Source of the DNA: Cenococcum geophilum | Taxonomy: Eukaryota | Assembly (NCBI GenBank): GCA_050273025.1 | Contig: CP158635.1 | Location: 9,920,001-9,984,000, forward strand | Length of the DNA stretch: 64,000 nucleotides | Direction: 5' to 3' | Part shown: positions 25,138 to 36,960 of the stretch, piece after piece | Layout: each line of letters begins with the position of its first letter | How positions within the stretch are numbered: the first letter of the stretch is position 1 | Notes under the pieces: model-generated | What the model was told of the DNA's origin: nothing | Databases searched by the model: none | What the model saw: the letters and a program-made list of their open reading frames with translations, nothing else | Program-made: the position numbers and the translations under genes

Positions 25138-27158
25138 ATGCCTCTATGCAAGTTCTGCCAGAATATATCTCCAGAAAGCCTCACAGCGGAATGGCCCCAC
25201 CAGCTTGCTAGTGGCCTAGAGGTTACTAGTTCCGGGTACGAGCATCTCACAAATTTCGAAGATATCCCAGCATCCGCGCGAAGCTGCGCAATGTGCAAAC
25301 TGCTTCTCGACAACTTGAAAGGACCCACGATGAAGCTAAAACCGCATCGAAAACCGCACAGTATTATCCTCATGTCCGACACTCACAGAAGCAGCCAGAC
25401 GGTACCGTGCGGCGTTGCGGGTATCACAGCCCTCGTTAAAAATTCGGACTTGAGGGCGTATTTTCATCTGTATACGCTGCCAGGTTAGAACGTGTTAAGA
25501 TTGTTAAATTGCAAAGGCCGTAGGCTAACATCCTTCGTACGCTAGACTTCCCGGCTGCATTGTCGGGAGACATTACTGGACGGCAAATATCCTCTGACCC
25601 TGGATCCGAAGAGTCTATTCAAAAAGTACTTTCATGGGTTCAAAAATGCTGTGAAGGCCATTCTGAGTGCGGATATGACGACGTTATGGATCGGAAAGAT
25701 GGGTTTCGCAGATATCCTTCTAGGCTTCTCGATGTTAGTTTGCCGCCTTTCGACAAGTCCCCATTTTGTGTTCTGGTAGACGGAAAGGAGGCGCCAGGCC
25801 ATTATATTACCCTGTCTTATTGTTGGGGAAAAAGCCAGGCACTGCGGACTTTGAAGAGTAACTTATCTAAGCACAAAAAAGGAATCCAAGCGGACGAAAT
25901 GCCCAAGACGCTTCAAGATGCAGTAATTGCCACCCGAAACCTAGGGGTCCGCTTTCTGTGGATTGATGCCCTATGCATCGTGCAAGACGATTCCTCAGAA
26001 TGGACTAGCGAAGCCCTACATATGGGCCGCATCTACCAGAACTCCTTCTGCACAATCGCAGCTGCAGGATCCGACTCTTCAGATGGTGGTCTCTATATAA
26101 CCCGTCCGAGCTACAACGACGTAGTGGCATTTCAGTACACTCCGAAGGCCGCGGGCAGTGTTAAAGCACAGAGCGAGTTCTTCATCCGCCCAGTACACCA
26201 TACGCTTCTCAATCGGGTCCAGGAGTCTACATGGAATTCTCGAGGTTGGATTCTTCAAGAACGAATACTCAGTCGTCGCATCGTTCTCTTTGGCTTTGGC
26301 CAGACATTCTTCGAATGCCAGCGTCATAGCATTGGGGAGGACGGTCGGGACCTTGGTTACTACGAGCACAAACGTTTCGGCAATAAAGCCCTTCCGCAAG
26401 GAGAAGACTGGGGCTGGTGCCTTCTGGTTGAGGATTACACGCGGCGCGTTTTAACAGAGCCACGGGACAAACTATTTGCGGTAGCGGGTCTGGCTTCAAA
26501 CATGCATTTGCGTACTGGCAAGAAATATTGCGCAGGGCTGTGGTGCGAAAGACTGCCACTTCACACCCTTTGGTATGGCCAAGATGGTAATATGAAAAGA
26601 CCCCCTTTCAAAAGAGCTCCCTCATGGTCCTGGGCTGCTATGGATGGTGCAGTAATGTGGGAGCCATGGGTCTTGGATGCCAGGGATAGGTGCGAAATGT
26701 CAATACTGGAGCAATTCCATGGATTAGATCCCAGCTCTCCAAGTCTCCCGGACACTTGGATCGAAATTTTGGGTCAGGTCACTCCAGTCGGCCGCTCGGA
26801 TTACACCCTTTTTATAGAAGGAAAAAAGTCCGGGCTCGACTGCAGCATGCTTTATTTGATCGATATCGATAAGCACACGAGATGCTATGCGCTTCTGGCA
26901 AATACGAAGTCAGATGGACCTCGTGAGAAGATTGGTTGGGCTGTGTTTGATGAAGGTGATCATGTCGATGGGCCTTTTGTAGCTGCTTACGTTTCAGAGA
27001 ACAACGTGGATAACAGTAAGAAAAGCAATTCAGCCAATGTTATAATTCTCAAGGCATTGCAGGATCAATCAGGCCAATTTGAAAGGGTTGGGTTGGGAGA
27101 GATAATCTCATCGGAGTGGTTTGATAATGTACCCAAGGAGTCTATAAGAATATACTAA
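25138..27158 (+). CDS. HET-domain (heterokaryon incompatibility, PF06985-type) protein, 2 exons
   Basis: Exon 1 25138-25483, intron to 25545, exon 2 25546-27158 in frame. HET motifs YITLSYCWG, PKTLQDAV...VRFLWIDALCIVQD, MGRIYQNS and WNSRGWILQERILS; later APSWSWAA. N-terminal LCxxC/CxxC. Confidence 0.92.
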
Positions 27159-27608
27159 TATAATGAAATACTCCACAATCTCCCTTCAACCACCAGCAGT
27201 ACCTAACCCAACAGAATCCCATGTAGCATGTGTAATACACAAACTTTGAATGTGTCATTCAAGAAACCAGAACAGCCCGCCCAGGTGGCGAGATCGAGCT
27301 CGAATTGTAGCTACGAGTTCGCTAAAATAGACGAGGCCAGCGAGCATCTAGAGCCTCGATGTTCCAGAAAAGAACTGATATCTGCTCGGAACCGAGAGAT
27401 GACAACTTTTTATGGTGTGGAAATTTATCGTAAGAGAGGTTAGGTTTGTTGGTGAGGCCGGCGCCACCATACAGAATAGTGTAAGCTTGCTAGAGAAAGG
27501 CGGAGATTAGCTTAGCATTTTATTACATTGAGCATAGAAAGTATTTAAATTAGACACAACCGATTGCTTCTTGATATGTGTCAGGGTTGAATGGAGGAGG
27601 TACCTTTG

Positions 27609-27885
27609 TCATTGCCTTCTTCGACCAAATACAAATCGAAGCTCGAAAGATGGGTCCATATCTACTTCATTTAAGTAGGATGTCAATATGAGAGTCACTT
27701 CTAATATTGGTGCGCTTAGAGGACTAGCAAAGTTGGATACCTCTTTGTCTATGACTATTTCGATGGAGCCTATAAGTCACTCCGGCGATGAGTACTGAAA
27801 GGAAAGCCAAGATGACCCCAGAAATATCGAAGCTGAGATTGATCAGGTCGCTACTAGCCAGCGCACGGTTGTGAAGGACTGGCAT
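27609..27885 (-). CDS. Single-TM microprotein, family member 2 (65 aa)
   Basis: Exon 1 27885-27741 (145 nt), intron 27740-27662, exon 2 27661-27609. Product MPVLHNRALASSDLINLSFDISGVILAFLSVLIAGVTYRLHRNSHRQR|DMDPSFELRFVFGRRRQ*. Confidence 0.78.
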
Positions 27886-28831
27886 GATGCTAAAGTAATG
27901 TGAAAGGTAGAATAGAGGGTCAGGCTTTATAATCGCCGAAAGACGCAGATGGAAGAACAATTCGAACTAAGAATTATCAGTGGCCGGAGCAAGATCGATA
28001 AAGAATATTATGGCCAGTTCGCTCATGCTGCAAAAGGTCAGTACTTGTATTTTCCATGAATGTGGTTGGACCATTTAAGTCGTTGTTCTGTGGTGCTAAC
28101 TCGTGCAGAGCCCGGCAACAGGGCTACCCAGGAGAGTATGTGAGTATGCACGATGAGAGAGTATCTCACGAGTCGTGCGACTATATGGTTGGCTAGCGCG
28201 ATCGGTTGCGCAATACATGACATGGACTTCACCGTTAAGGTACGGTAGATCTTTGTACAGCCACCTGGCAAAGAGCAGGGCTTTGCGGATTACAGAAAAA
28301 TTAGCGGCGTGCTGGAAAGCGCGCCATGCCAAAAGCGAACACGGGCTGCGTGGCGCCTCTGAAGCGGACCAGTTAAGCTCTGCTCAGAGTGCTTGGCTGC
28401 TTTGAGAAGATTTTCGTCAAGCTTGAAAGCGGAGGAGCGGTCTTAAGTGATTCTTAAGCGATTCTTGATTTGCTGCCAAGATAAAAGGGCAAGTGACAAT
28501 CCGCCTCTACGCCCACTTCCTTGCATTACCTGCCGATCGTCGTTGTCTATGTCCGCCAATCCCGCCCTCTGCCAACACCCCAGTAACTAACCACCCTCTC
28601 ACGCCTCTATGTGTATATATAACTAACCCCCCTCGGGGTGAGATGCAGTTCATGCGGACAAGACTGCTTATAAGCTCGAATATTTTAACTATAATATACC
28701 AACTAGAATTTTATCAAGTCTTACATCTCTGCACTACAATTGTCAACCCACACTCTCAGCCCTGTTCGCAAAAGACAATCATCATTATCCCGATGGTGGA
28801 TTAAAGGTCAGCCCATGGCACTAAATCGAGC

Positions 28832-29121
28832 ATGATATTCCTCATCGCGCGGTCTTTATCAGAGGATAGCAGAATTAACATCGCGTTCGGCATCCTCGCT
28901 TTCATCTTGTCCCTAGTCTCAATCATCGTCGGGATTGCTACTTGGCGTGTCCACCATCGAGCAACCACGCACACCGATGGTGAGTAGGCTACCATCAACT
29001 GAGAAGTTCTGCATCTGATGGAACCAATGTAGATGTTGAGAACCACCCGCTTTATGACTTTGAGATCAGAATCGGAAGGAGAAGAGAGCTTCAGCGAGCT
29101 CCTTACGGTAGTGGTGCCTGA
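28832..29121 (+). CDS. Single-TM microprotein, family member 3 (78 aa; absent from the ORF track)
   Basis: Exon 1 28832-28979, intron GTGAGT..TAG 28980-29032, exon 2 29033-29121. Product MIFLIARSLSEDSRINIAFGILAFILSLVSIIVGIATWRVHHRATTHTD|DVENHPLYDFEIRIGRRRELQRAPYGSGA*. Confidence 0.8.
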
Positions 29122-31663
29122 GGATGGTTACGAAGTGAAGCAGAGAATCTCTCTGGAAGCTGGCTCAAAATGGTTTAGGGTGCGGCCTGAGGTCGCGCCG
29201 TAAACTAGTTTCGGAGAGAATATTTCTAGTAAGATCGCTTGCTTCCAGAAGCGCATCGTTGCATTTTAAATAGAAAACTTTCTGCCCACGCCCAATCCTC
29301 TGATTAAGTAATTATCTCAATCTGAACTCCTAATCAATTCTCACATCTACCTTATACGTGTAGGCCTTGGTGCCGCTGAAAATCTACTAATATTATTAAC
29401 TAAATAGCGCAGCACCCCTTTTTCTGGTGCTAAGTTCCTGCTGCTTTAAAGCTTTGCTGCGGCGTGCAGCACATCATAAAGGACAATGGAGCGAACCCCT
29501 ACCTAGCATGGAGCCGTGACCCTGTCTAGCCTGTCGAGAGCAGTGAGCCCTAGAGGGTAAATTTGGGCATCCAGAGTAGCGAAGGCTAGAGAAGCGGTTT
29601 GTTTTTCAGCAGGAACGCCTTGTCGAGTTCGCCGTTTTGATGCAACCCTGCCGCTTCGACAAATTAGTGCTTAGCAACGCCGCCAGACCCTCATGCAGCC
29701 CTGTAGCATGCGGTTAGTAAAGTGCCAAAATTACGGCCCCTCGCTGCTCCCATCGCTGCAGGCTCGGCAGCACACCCCCCCCCTTCGTACGCAGCCCGGA
29801 CATCTTCACCTCCCGCCAGTGGCCCCGCGCCGCCGGCCTCAGCGCTAGTAAAATAAAAGCCAATCATCATTGCGTACCCATGCTACACAGGAGGATTTGG
29901 GGCTAGCGCTGGGCTAGGTGAAAGATAAGGGGACTGTGGGGGAGTTTGGTGTCGTTTCGTCGCAGCTCCAGCCACAGCAATTTAGGCGCCAAAACAATTG
30001 CAGTCTCAGGGCGAGGTTGATAATCTTTGAAGATTGCGAGCGGGTGGTGAGTGATTGATAACCTTATTTGCTGGCACTCCCACGCTGGGCAACACAAATG
30101 TCAGAGTCGTCAGAGTGGAGGATGACGGACCTCTGATGACTTTGTATTGTACTGACACCGTCAACCGTGTAATCAAGCGAAGTGCGGAGGGCTACAAGAA
30201 GGCTGCCAATCGCGGTACAAGATGCCTGCCAATTTCCTACCAGCCTGGCGAACCACCTACTGAGCTGCTGGGGCTGTGATCCGTGACCAAGAAGCTCTGA
30301 GGATAAGAGAGTGCGGGGCATCGCCGACAGACCCCTAAGCGAGAAATTAAATTACGCAGCGCTGTGCAGAAAAGAGTAGAGTTTGGTGGTCCTTCAGCGG
30401 CTTCCCGGCGAAGTCGCGGTCGGCTTTGGATATTTGGTAATTTAATTACGGTCTATTCACCATATACACGCTTAGTACTGGATTTCTGGGGTTCTGGAAC
30501 CAGACATCGACAAAGAGCATCCTGCACACTTTTTAACTACTCTGGAATAGTATTCGACATCAAATATTCTTCGCTCTAGCCGTCATTACGACAGTACTAC
30601 AAAAATAAAAAGGGCTAAAGCGTCAAGCCGCAGCCCTAATCCCAACAAGGCCATACCGCCTACAAGCAACTTCAAGGAGCAACGATCTACCAGCTTATTA
30701 TGTTCATAAGCTGCAAGAATTATGCCAAGCTTAACATGCAGGCGTGGGACACTTTTGACATCGTTATACACTTAGAATTGCGTTTCTAGCCCATCAAGTT
30801 GAAGTGAGGGGTATCGTAAGGTCGCGCAGCAGACACGAATCAATCGCATAAAACATCGGTGTATTATTTCTGGATACTAGAGGAAACAATAAGCTCTCAA
30901 TTAGTGACGCAGCTAATGCACACCTGCTGGAGTAATGATAATGACAACCTAGCAGAGACAACTTGTAGCATGGAACCTCGCGCAATGTTTGCTAATCCAG
31001 GCCGCTTATGTGTTTGGCGAATAGATAAATGCTGCGCTGCCTGCAAGCTTGATCCGGGCAGTGACTCTGTAATTCCTAGCTAGGCGATTTTATTCTCTCT
31101 TGTACTCCTCGTATTGGAATGGTTCCGCATGTTGTTTGCAATGGTCTTTCCGTTTGGATTCCTTAGGATTTTTGGGCAGCCTACTGTAAAGAAGTCTGTC
31201 AGTGTATGAATTCTATCATGCGATGAAGTAAGGCTTACCCACTTGTTTGGCTGAGGGGCCGGTGTATCGCAGTGCTTCTCATTGCAATACCATGGTCATC
31301 AAGAGCTCGTGACTAGCTGCCTGAGAGGTCTTCTGCTGAAAAGCTCTAATCCGTAATTCTCTTGGTGCATTGCAGGTATAGAGCCCCTGGTTTCCTGTTG
31401 TCCATTGCCATGCGATTTGTCCTGTGAAAACGAGGCATACCCGGTTAACACTATTTAGGTAGCGTCTGCATGGGCGAACCTGCATGGCTCAAGCTCTCCT
31501 TGAAGATAGCCGCAATACAGACAGGACCCGAAAAGGATAAGGGCGACTTCGAGTCTGGCTGACCGAGCCTCGTTGAAGATACCTGTGGTTGCAGGCGACG
31601 TAGGAGTCCGACTAATCCAGCAGGAAAAGTGAAGGTTTATAGAGCCTACATGTAGACTATAAA

Positions 31664-32104
31664 TCAAGGGGGATCGGAGTTTGGCTCCATAGTCGGTGAT
31701 GCTAATGAATTTTTCGTGCTGCTAAGGTTTGAGGGTTGGAAGTGAACGAAGCGGAGTTTAAATCGTTGGCGGCATTTGGATTGCGGCGCAGGGGCCATGT
31801 GAGAGATCGTCCATTCCATTTTCGGATTGGCGCCTCCTAGCGCTGCCTTCTTTCGACGACAAGGCTGAAGACAGCATCCATGAGACTCGATATCTAATTT
31901 GCGAGGGCATCTATCAGAATCTGCTTTGCTTTACTGGCTGGGGCTAGTAAGGTCCGTACCATTTTGCCGTTGACCCCGACAAGTGACCTTCCAGGTGACT
32001 GCTGCTATGACTATGGCTATTACTGAACACACGAATGCGACGAAGACCCCGATTAAGTTAATCTCGTCGCTGCTCGATAACGCTCGATCTCTGATTATGC
32101 ACAT
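31664..32104 (-). CDS. Single-TM microprotein, family member 4 (exon-2 frameshift; possible pseudogene or tail variant, 124 aa)
   Basis: Exon 1 32104-31960 (145 nt) encodes MCIIRDRALSSSDEINLIGVFVAFVCSVIAIVIAAVTWKVTCRGQRQN; intron 31959-31894. Exon 2 starts DIESHGC, then one extra base puts the homologous VFSLVVERRQR* (stop 31839-31837) out of frame. Confidence 0.68.
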
Positions 32105-32301
32105 TTTGACCCTTGAAGATGCGATCAAAGGAAAACGGTAATGAGAGGTAGTCGCCTAAGGTCAGAAGAGACTTTACGAGAGCGGCACGAAGCATTCATA
32201 AAGTCGGGAATTCGCTGTTTTGCGACATATACAGTTCTGACGTTAAATATCAACCCTTTATAACTCACGGGTTGACAGCTTAGCCCGGAGTTTAACGGGT
32301 A

Positions 32302-32449
32302 ACGTATGACACGGGGTTTTGCTCGTCCCTGAGTTTTGTTTTGATTTGTACATCAAATTCCGCCGAAACGCCAGTTTGGTGGTAAATCGGGAGGCGGTCT
32401 ACTAGCGCAAGCAAAACTCAGGGTTCGAGGAAAACCCCGTGTCTCACGT
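32302..32449. mobile_element. Small Pogo-like MITE (148 bp)
   Basis: TA|ACGTATGACACGGGGTTTT..CCCTGAGTTTTG / CAAAACTCAGGG..AAAACCCCGTGTCTCACGT|TA. Confidence 0.8.
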
Positions 32450-33343
32450 TAGTAAGTTTGTGGCAGTGCTACTTCGAACGTGACCGAAAACTCGTCTACG
32501 TCTCCTGAACCAGCTGAATCATCTCTCCAATTCATACCTCCGAGAAGTTATACATCTTGCTTAGGTGGTACCCAAGATAATATGCAAACGTACCACGCTG
32601 TGGACAAAAAAGTTGGCACTGCGAAAATACCGCGAGATGTCCTCTCCCCAAATTTGTATGCGCAAGCACGAATACACCCATTAATCACGTCCTCTGAGCG
32701 ATAAGCGAGGCCACATTCGCTCGCCCCGCCGTGACCAGCGTGCTCCCTCGACGAATCGCCACCGCAGACCCGAGACTCAGCGGGGGGCTCTGCGCAAACG
32801 GCTGCCTCCCACAATCGCCAAATTACCACAATCCAGATTCTTCTCGCCCGATTCCCTACATAGAGCCAAAGAGTCAAAGAGCTAGAGGGTGGCCAGCTCT
32901 AAACCGCAGGGTTAACATTCAAAAGGAAGCAAGGAAGCAATCTCTAGAAAAAGCCTTACGGCACGAATTACGTCCTCTTTTAAGGCTAAAAAGCTAGTTT
33001 ACGGAAATAAAGGATTAGTATAACTGTTAGACTTTAGTGCCCGTGACCCAGAAGGCATTACTAAAGTAAAAGCGCTTTCTTTATGTATTAACATAAAACC
33101 TCTCGACCAGTCTCCTGTGGCCAACGGACGTGATAATGATGCCTAAAGCGGAAATGGGGATGCAGTCACCGCAACCACAGAGACGTCCGAAAAGCAACGC
33201 TGCCACAGGGATTCAGCCACCCCGCAGGTTGGTGCCGGCACGGTGGAGGAGCAACAGTGAACCGCACTGGACGGAGCCCACAACCACCCCGGCCGTAATG
33301 GAATGCCATCGCCCGCCGTTGCGTCTCGTATCGTTTATGGCAA

Positions 33344-33922
33344 TAGGGGGGTTTCGATGAACTGACGGAAGGTATCTGACGGAAGGTAAAGCTAATTTTT
33401 AGTGCTTACATATACATTTAGCGCGACCTTCCGTCAATTGGTCAGGTAGGGTTTCGATAGAGAGCGACTCTGGTTCATCAGGACCCCATCTTGTACGTCT
33501 TAGCGGCTGCTCTAGAGCCTCATTATTTAAGTCACACTCTATTCTGGTTGCCTGCTTAACAGTTTCGGTGATAATATTTTGGGGTTAGCGGCTTCAATCG
33601 GGCTCGACTTTAGTGGCGCTAGCGTCACGTCTCATTTGCTCCACCAGCTCGACGGTTCAATTAACTTGGCGCGCGGGATTAGAAGACATAGTGGCAAGGA
33701 TCAACTATGCGAAATTTAGAGTCGCTAGCTGCTGTAAACAAAATAGGGGGCTAGCTTGAAGTTCTAATGAAAATATTCATCAAAAACTTTTGATATTTGT
33801 CAAGATACAAATCTGACGGAAGGCCCTACTAACCATATACTACTAGTACGCGACGATCGCCTCGACTCGAGTTGCATTACCTTCCGTCAGATACCTTCCG
33901 TCAGTTTATCGAAACCCCCCTA
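33344..33922. mobile_element. Non-autonomous DNA transposon (TIR element, about 580 bp)
   Basis: TIRs of about 45 bp: TAGGGGGGTTTCGATGAACTGACGGAAGGTATCTGACGGAAGGTAA / TTACCTTCCGTCAGATACCTTCCGTCAGTTTATCGAAACCCCCCTA. Subterminal TGACGGAAGG repeats. Flanks ATGGCAA / ATGGCGA suggest a degenerate TSD. Confidence 0.8.
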
Positions 33923-34084
33923 ATGGCGACCTAGCGAATGGGAGAACCGTAACGCTGCACTTAAACTAATTTAATCTCATTTGATACGTTAATTACTAAA
34001 GACGCATCTTTCCTTGAATACCAAACCGGCACCTGCAAACCCCCCGTACCTCGCAAGCTTGGGCGACATGTGCCCCGCACTCTC

Positions 34085-35178
34085 GGTTGTAAATCAATCA
34101 ACGAGACTTCAATATTGAGTTGAGTTGGGTGCCAAGACCCAATCAATTCAACCAACTGAGAGTTCGCTGGCTTAGCAATTCAATCAATTTGGAGGCTCCG
34201 ATTGAGTTGAGTTGATTGAAGAATATTGAAGCTTTGATATTATATAGAAAATATTACTAGAGTTCACATAGAGCAATGCTTTAAGCCTTATTATTCTTAG
34301 TCTCGCCCACCAAAAATAGCTTACCCGAGCATCGCCCGTTGTTTACACCGTCATATCGCCGCCCGAGCCTTGGCAGGTGAGAGTCTTACTCCTAATTCTA
34401 CGATATCAATTCTACTACTACTAGTTATGGCTTCCAACGCATCAGATGATGGCTAAGCGAATACCTCAGTCCTTTCTACTGCTCGTTCTAATCCTACCGT
34501 ACCTACCAACCTCCAGGGCGCCTCAGATCAGTGTAATTGGCAATACCGACGCGTTAACTACCGAATTCGCACCAGAAGATTATGTAGGAATTGATCGGAC
34601 GCGTCTTCTTGGCTACTATATTTCTCATTCGACAACGGGCTAACGTCACGGGCCTACATGGCAGTACGGATATGATATTGAGCATAGCTACTCCAATGTC
34701 GTCAAACCCCGAACGTATATTTAGCCTTACTGGCTTGCTCCTTACTGCCAGTCGCGCACGACTACAATCTGATATAATTGGAGCTTCAATGGCGCTAGGG
34801 TCATGGGATAGGGAAGGCGTTATTAATATGGTAGATGGGCAGTTAAAGCGGCAGGCAAAGGAAGAGACAATATTGACGGGCGGGGAGGTGAGTCAACACC
34901 ATATCAAGACTCGCGATAGACCTATATTGAGAGCCGGGCGACAGGAAGGACAGTAGGAAATGATTTAGGCGTCGCTAGGTAGGTCGTCCTGCATCAACTC
35001 TATGCCAAGAACTCGTGATTGTTGCTGACTACTACACCAGTTGAACTCAGTTGAACTAGTTGCCAAGACTTCAATATTGATTCAATCAATTCAATCAACT
35101 GAGCTCTCTGCTTACAAAGCTTTCAATTCAATCAATTTGAAGCCTTAGTTGAGTTGAGTTGATTGATTTACAACCCTG
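34085..35178 (+). mobile_element. Internally deleted hAT transposon
   Basis: Termini GGTTGTAAATCAATC / GATTGATTTACAACCCTG with (TTGAG)n subterminal repeats and CTCTCGG in both flanks. Residual hAT dimerisation motif ILSIATPMSSNPERIFS...RARLQSDIIGASMALGSW at 34675-34810. Confidence 0.82.
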
Positions 35179-35328
35179 CTCTCGGGCTGTGACAAGGGTC
35201 GCCTCAGGGTCGAGTGGCCTGACGGACACTTGTAAAACCTGACTGACCTTTATTGGCTGGCATAAGTTAGTAGACTACACATTGAGCGCTAGCGATTGGT
35301 AAAGCCTCCGCAGACACCGATGACAACC

Positions 35329-36123
35329 TTATAGCTTAGGCTTGCGCTTAGATAGCTTCCACTTTGTACTGTAGTCGAAGAGCATATCCGCTTTCGCATA
35401 TTGGCGGTTAGTGCTCAAAGCGATGTTATGCGCGCTGATAAAGTCATTGCCAAGGATGTTAATATTGGCAAAGGGTGATGTCTTCGGTGATCTACGAACT
35501 GGATGGGGGTATCCGGCAATCTGAACAACTAGGGGGGTCCTTCCAACCCCTAAAAGTTCGGCCGCCTAGAGTTAAGTTAGCAGTTAGATATTCTCTTTAT
35601 AGATAGAAGTATTTACATGAGTTGAGAGGTACGTTAATGGGGCACCAGTGTGCACAATAAAGAAAACCCAACGAGCATTATCCTCAAAACTGACCACACA
35701 TGGAAATACCATACGGAACTTTGTGCCGTAGATAATACCAGCGATTTCAATCTTCTTGTTGGCCTCATCTTTAGTCGCCTTCTGGAGATATGGGATACCC
35801 AGGAGTTCCGCAATATCAGTTCGCAGCATATTGTCGCTCGTATAGTCGCTCATATCCGTGATTATGACATCGTGATCTTCGGGATCCACGCCCCCAATAT
35901 CATGGATATCGATGAATTCCCCACGCTCTATAGCCTCCTTGGCCTTCTTCTCAGTGAAGAAGTGTATTGGATTAGGTTCTGAAGAGAAGCGCCGATTGAT
36001 AGTCGCATAACTCGGAGGTCCAGAGAACGGGACTGGCTTGGTGTGGACATGGCGTATGAGAAGAGTATTATGGAGAGGGCTACGAAGAGCCTTGAGCGCT
36101 TGCTGTCTTGGGAGTCTCAACAT
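35329..36123 (-). CDS. Retropepsin-like (single-domain aspartic protease fold) protein with catalytic Asp replaced by His, 247 aa, 2 exons
   Basis: Exon 1 36123-35617, intron GTAAAT..CTAAC..TAG 35616-35566, exon 2 35565-35329. Motifs WVFFIV(H)TGAPLTYLS and NINILGNDFI. Confidence 0.7.
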
Positions 36124-36960
36124 AGCGGAGATTGTTAAAGGCAGGGTTGCAAAGGTAAGGAAACGTCGAGAGGTCTCATTTTTAAGTTTAAGAGACTTTA
36201 AAAATTCTTATAGTGTACCACTGTTTACTTAAATTTTCGGCAATTTTAGTGGGGCTCGCGTACGATATCTCACGAAACGTGGGGACCGCCATAATGGTTC
36301 AGGATCGTCTGGGAAGGATTCGACGCAGTGGGCTGTGGCATGCTATCGATGTGACCGCACCCTATGCACCCAATTTGGCCTGACGGACGAAGCTTGACCG
36401 TGTAGCGGAATCATCCGGTCGAGCTAGTGATAGAAAGACACTGCGTGTAACAAACGCCTTTATTGGAACTACAGGGGAGTTCGTTGCGATGCAGCGGAAC
36501 CCCCCTGCAACATTCTTGGCGCACGGAAAGCCCTGAATCACCATATACCCAGAGTGAAAAATTCTGATTCGCCTGCCCGTAATCTCCAAAAATCGCTCCC
36601 AAACCCAGGTCGTAGATCCACTTAACGTAGGTAACAGGGTTTTTGACTTGAACACTAAAGCTCGCCAAAATGCCAATTTAGTGGTAAATAACTAGTAAAA
36701 GCATATATAATAGTCTATAAAGTCGAATTTTATATAAAGGTCTACTATTTTTAATAATATATATTTTAAAAGCTTAGATTCTATTATATAATTAATAAGC
36801 TTTTAGAAGCATTTCTAGCCATTGTTATAGAGTAATTTATTAAATTATATAGGGAAAATTATAAAACACGTTGACGCGCTTAACAAATCTTGCGAAAGTG
36901 CCTCAGACGTGCTGGACCCCGGTCCGAGTCTGTGGAGTCCAAGCGCTGACAAACCCTTTC

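Noticed and set aside
30520..30790. Hydrophobic fragments (IFFALAVITTVL; FDIVIHLELRF*) resembling a decayed microprotein
   Set aside because: No start codon, splice donor or consistent frame; the similarity is too weak to call.
31050..31210. SDSVIPS*AILFSLVLLVLEWFR segment
   Set aside because: In-frame stop and no family exon 2; could be chance.
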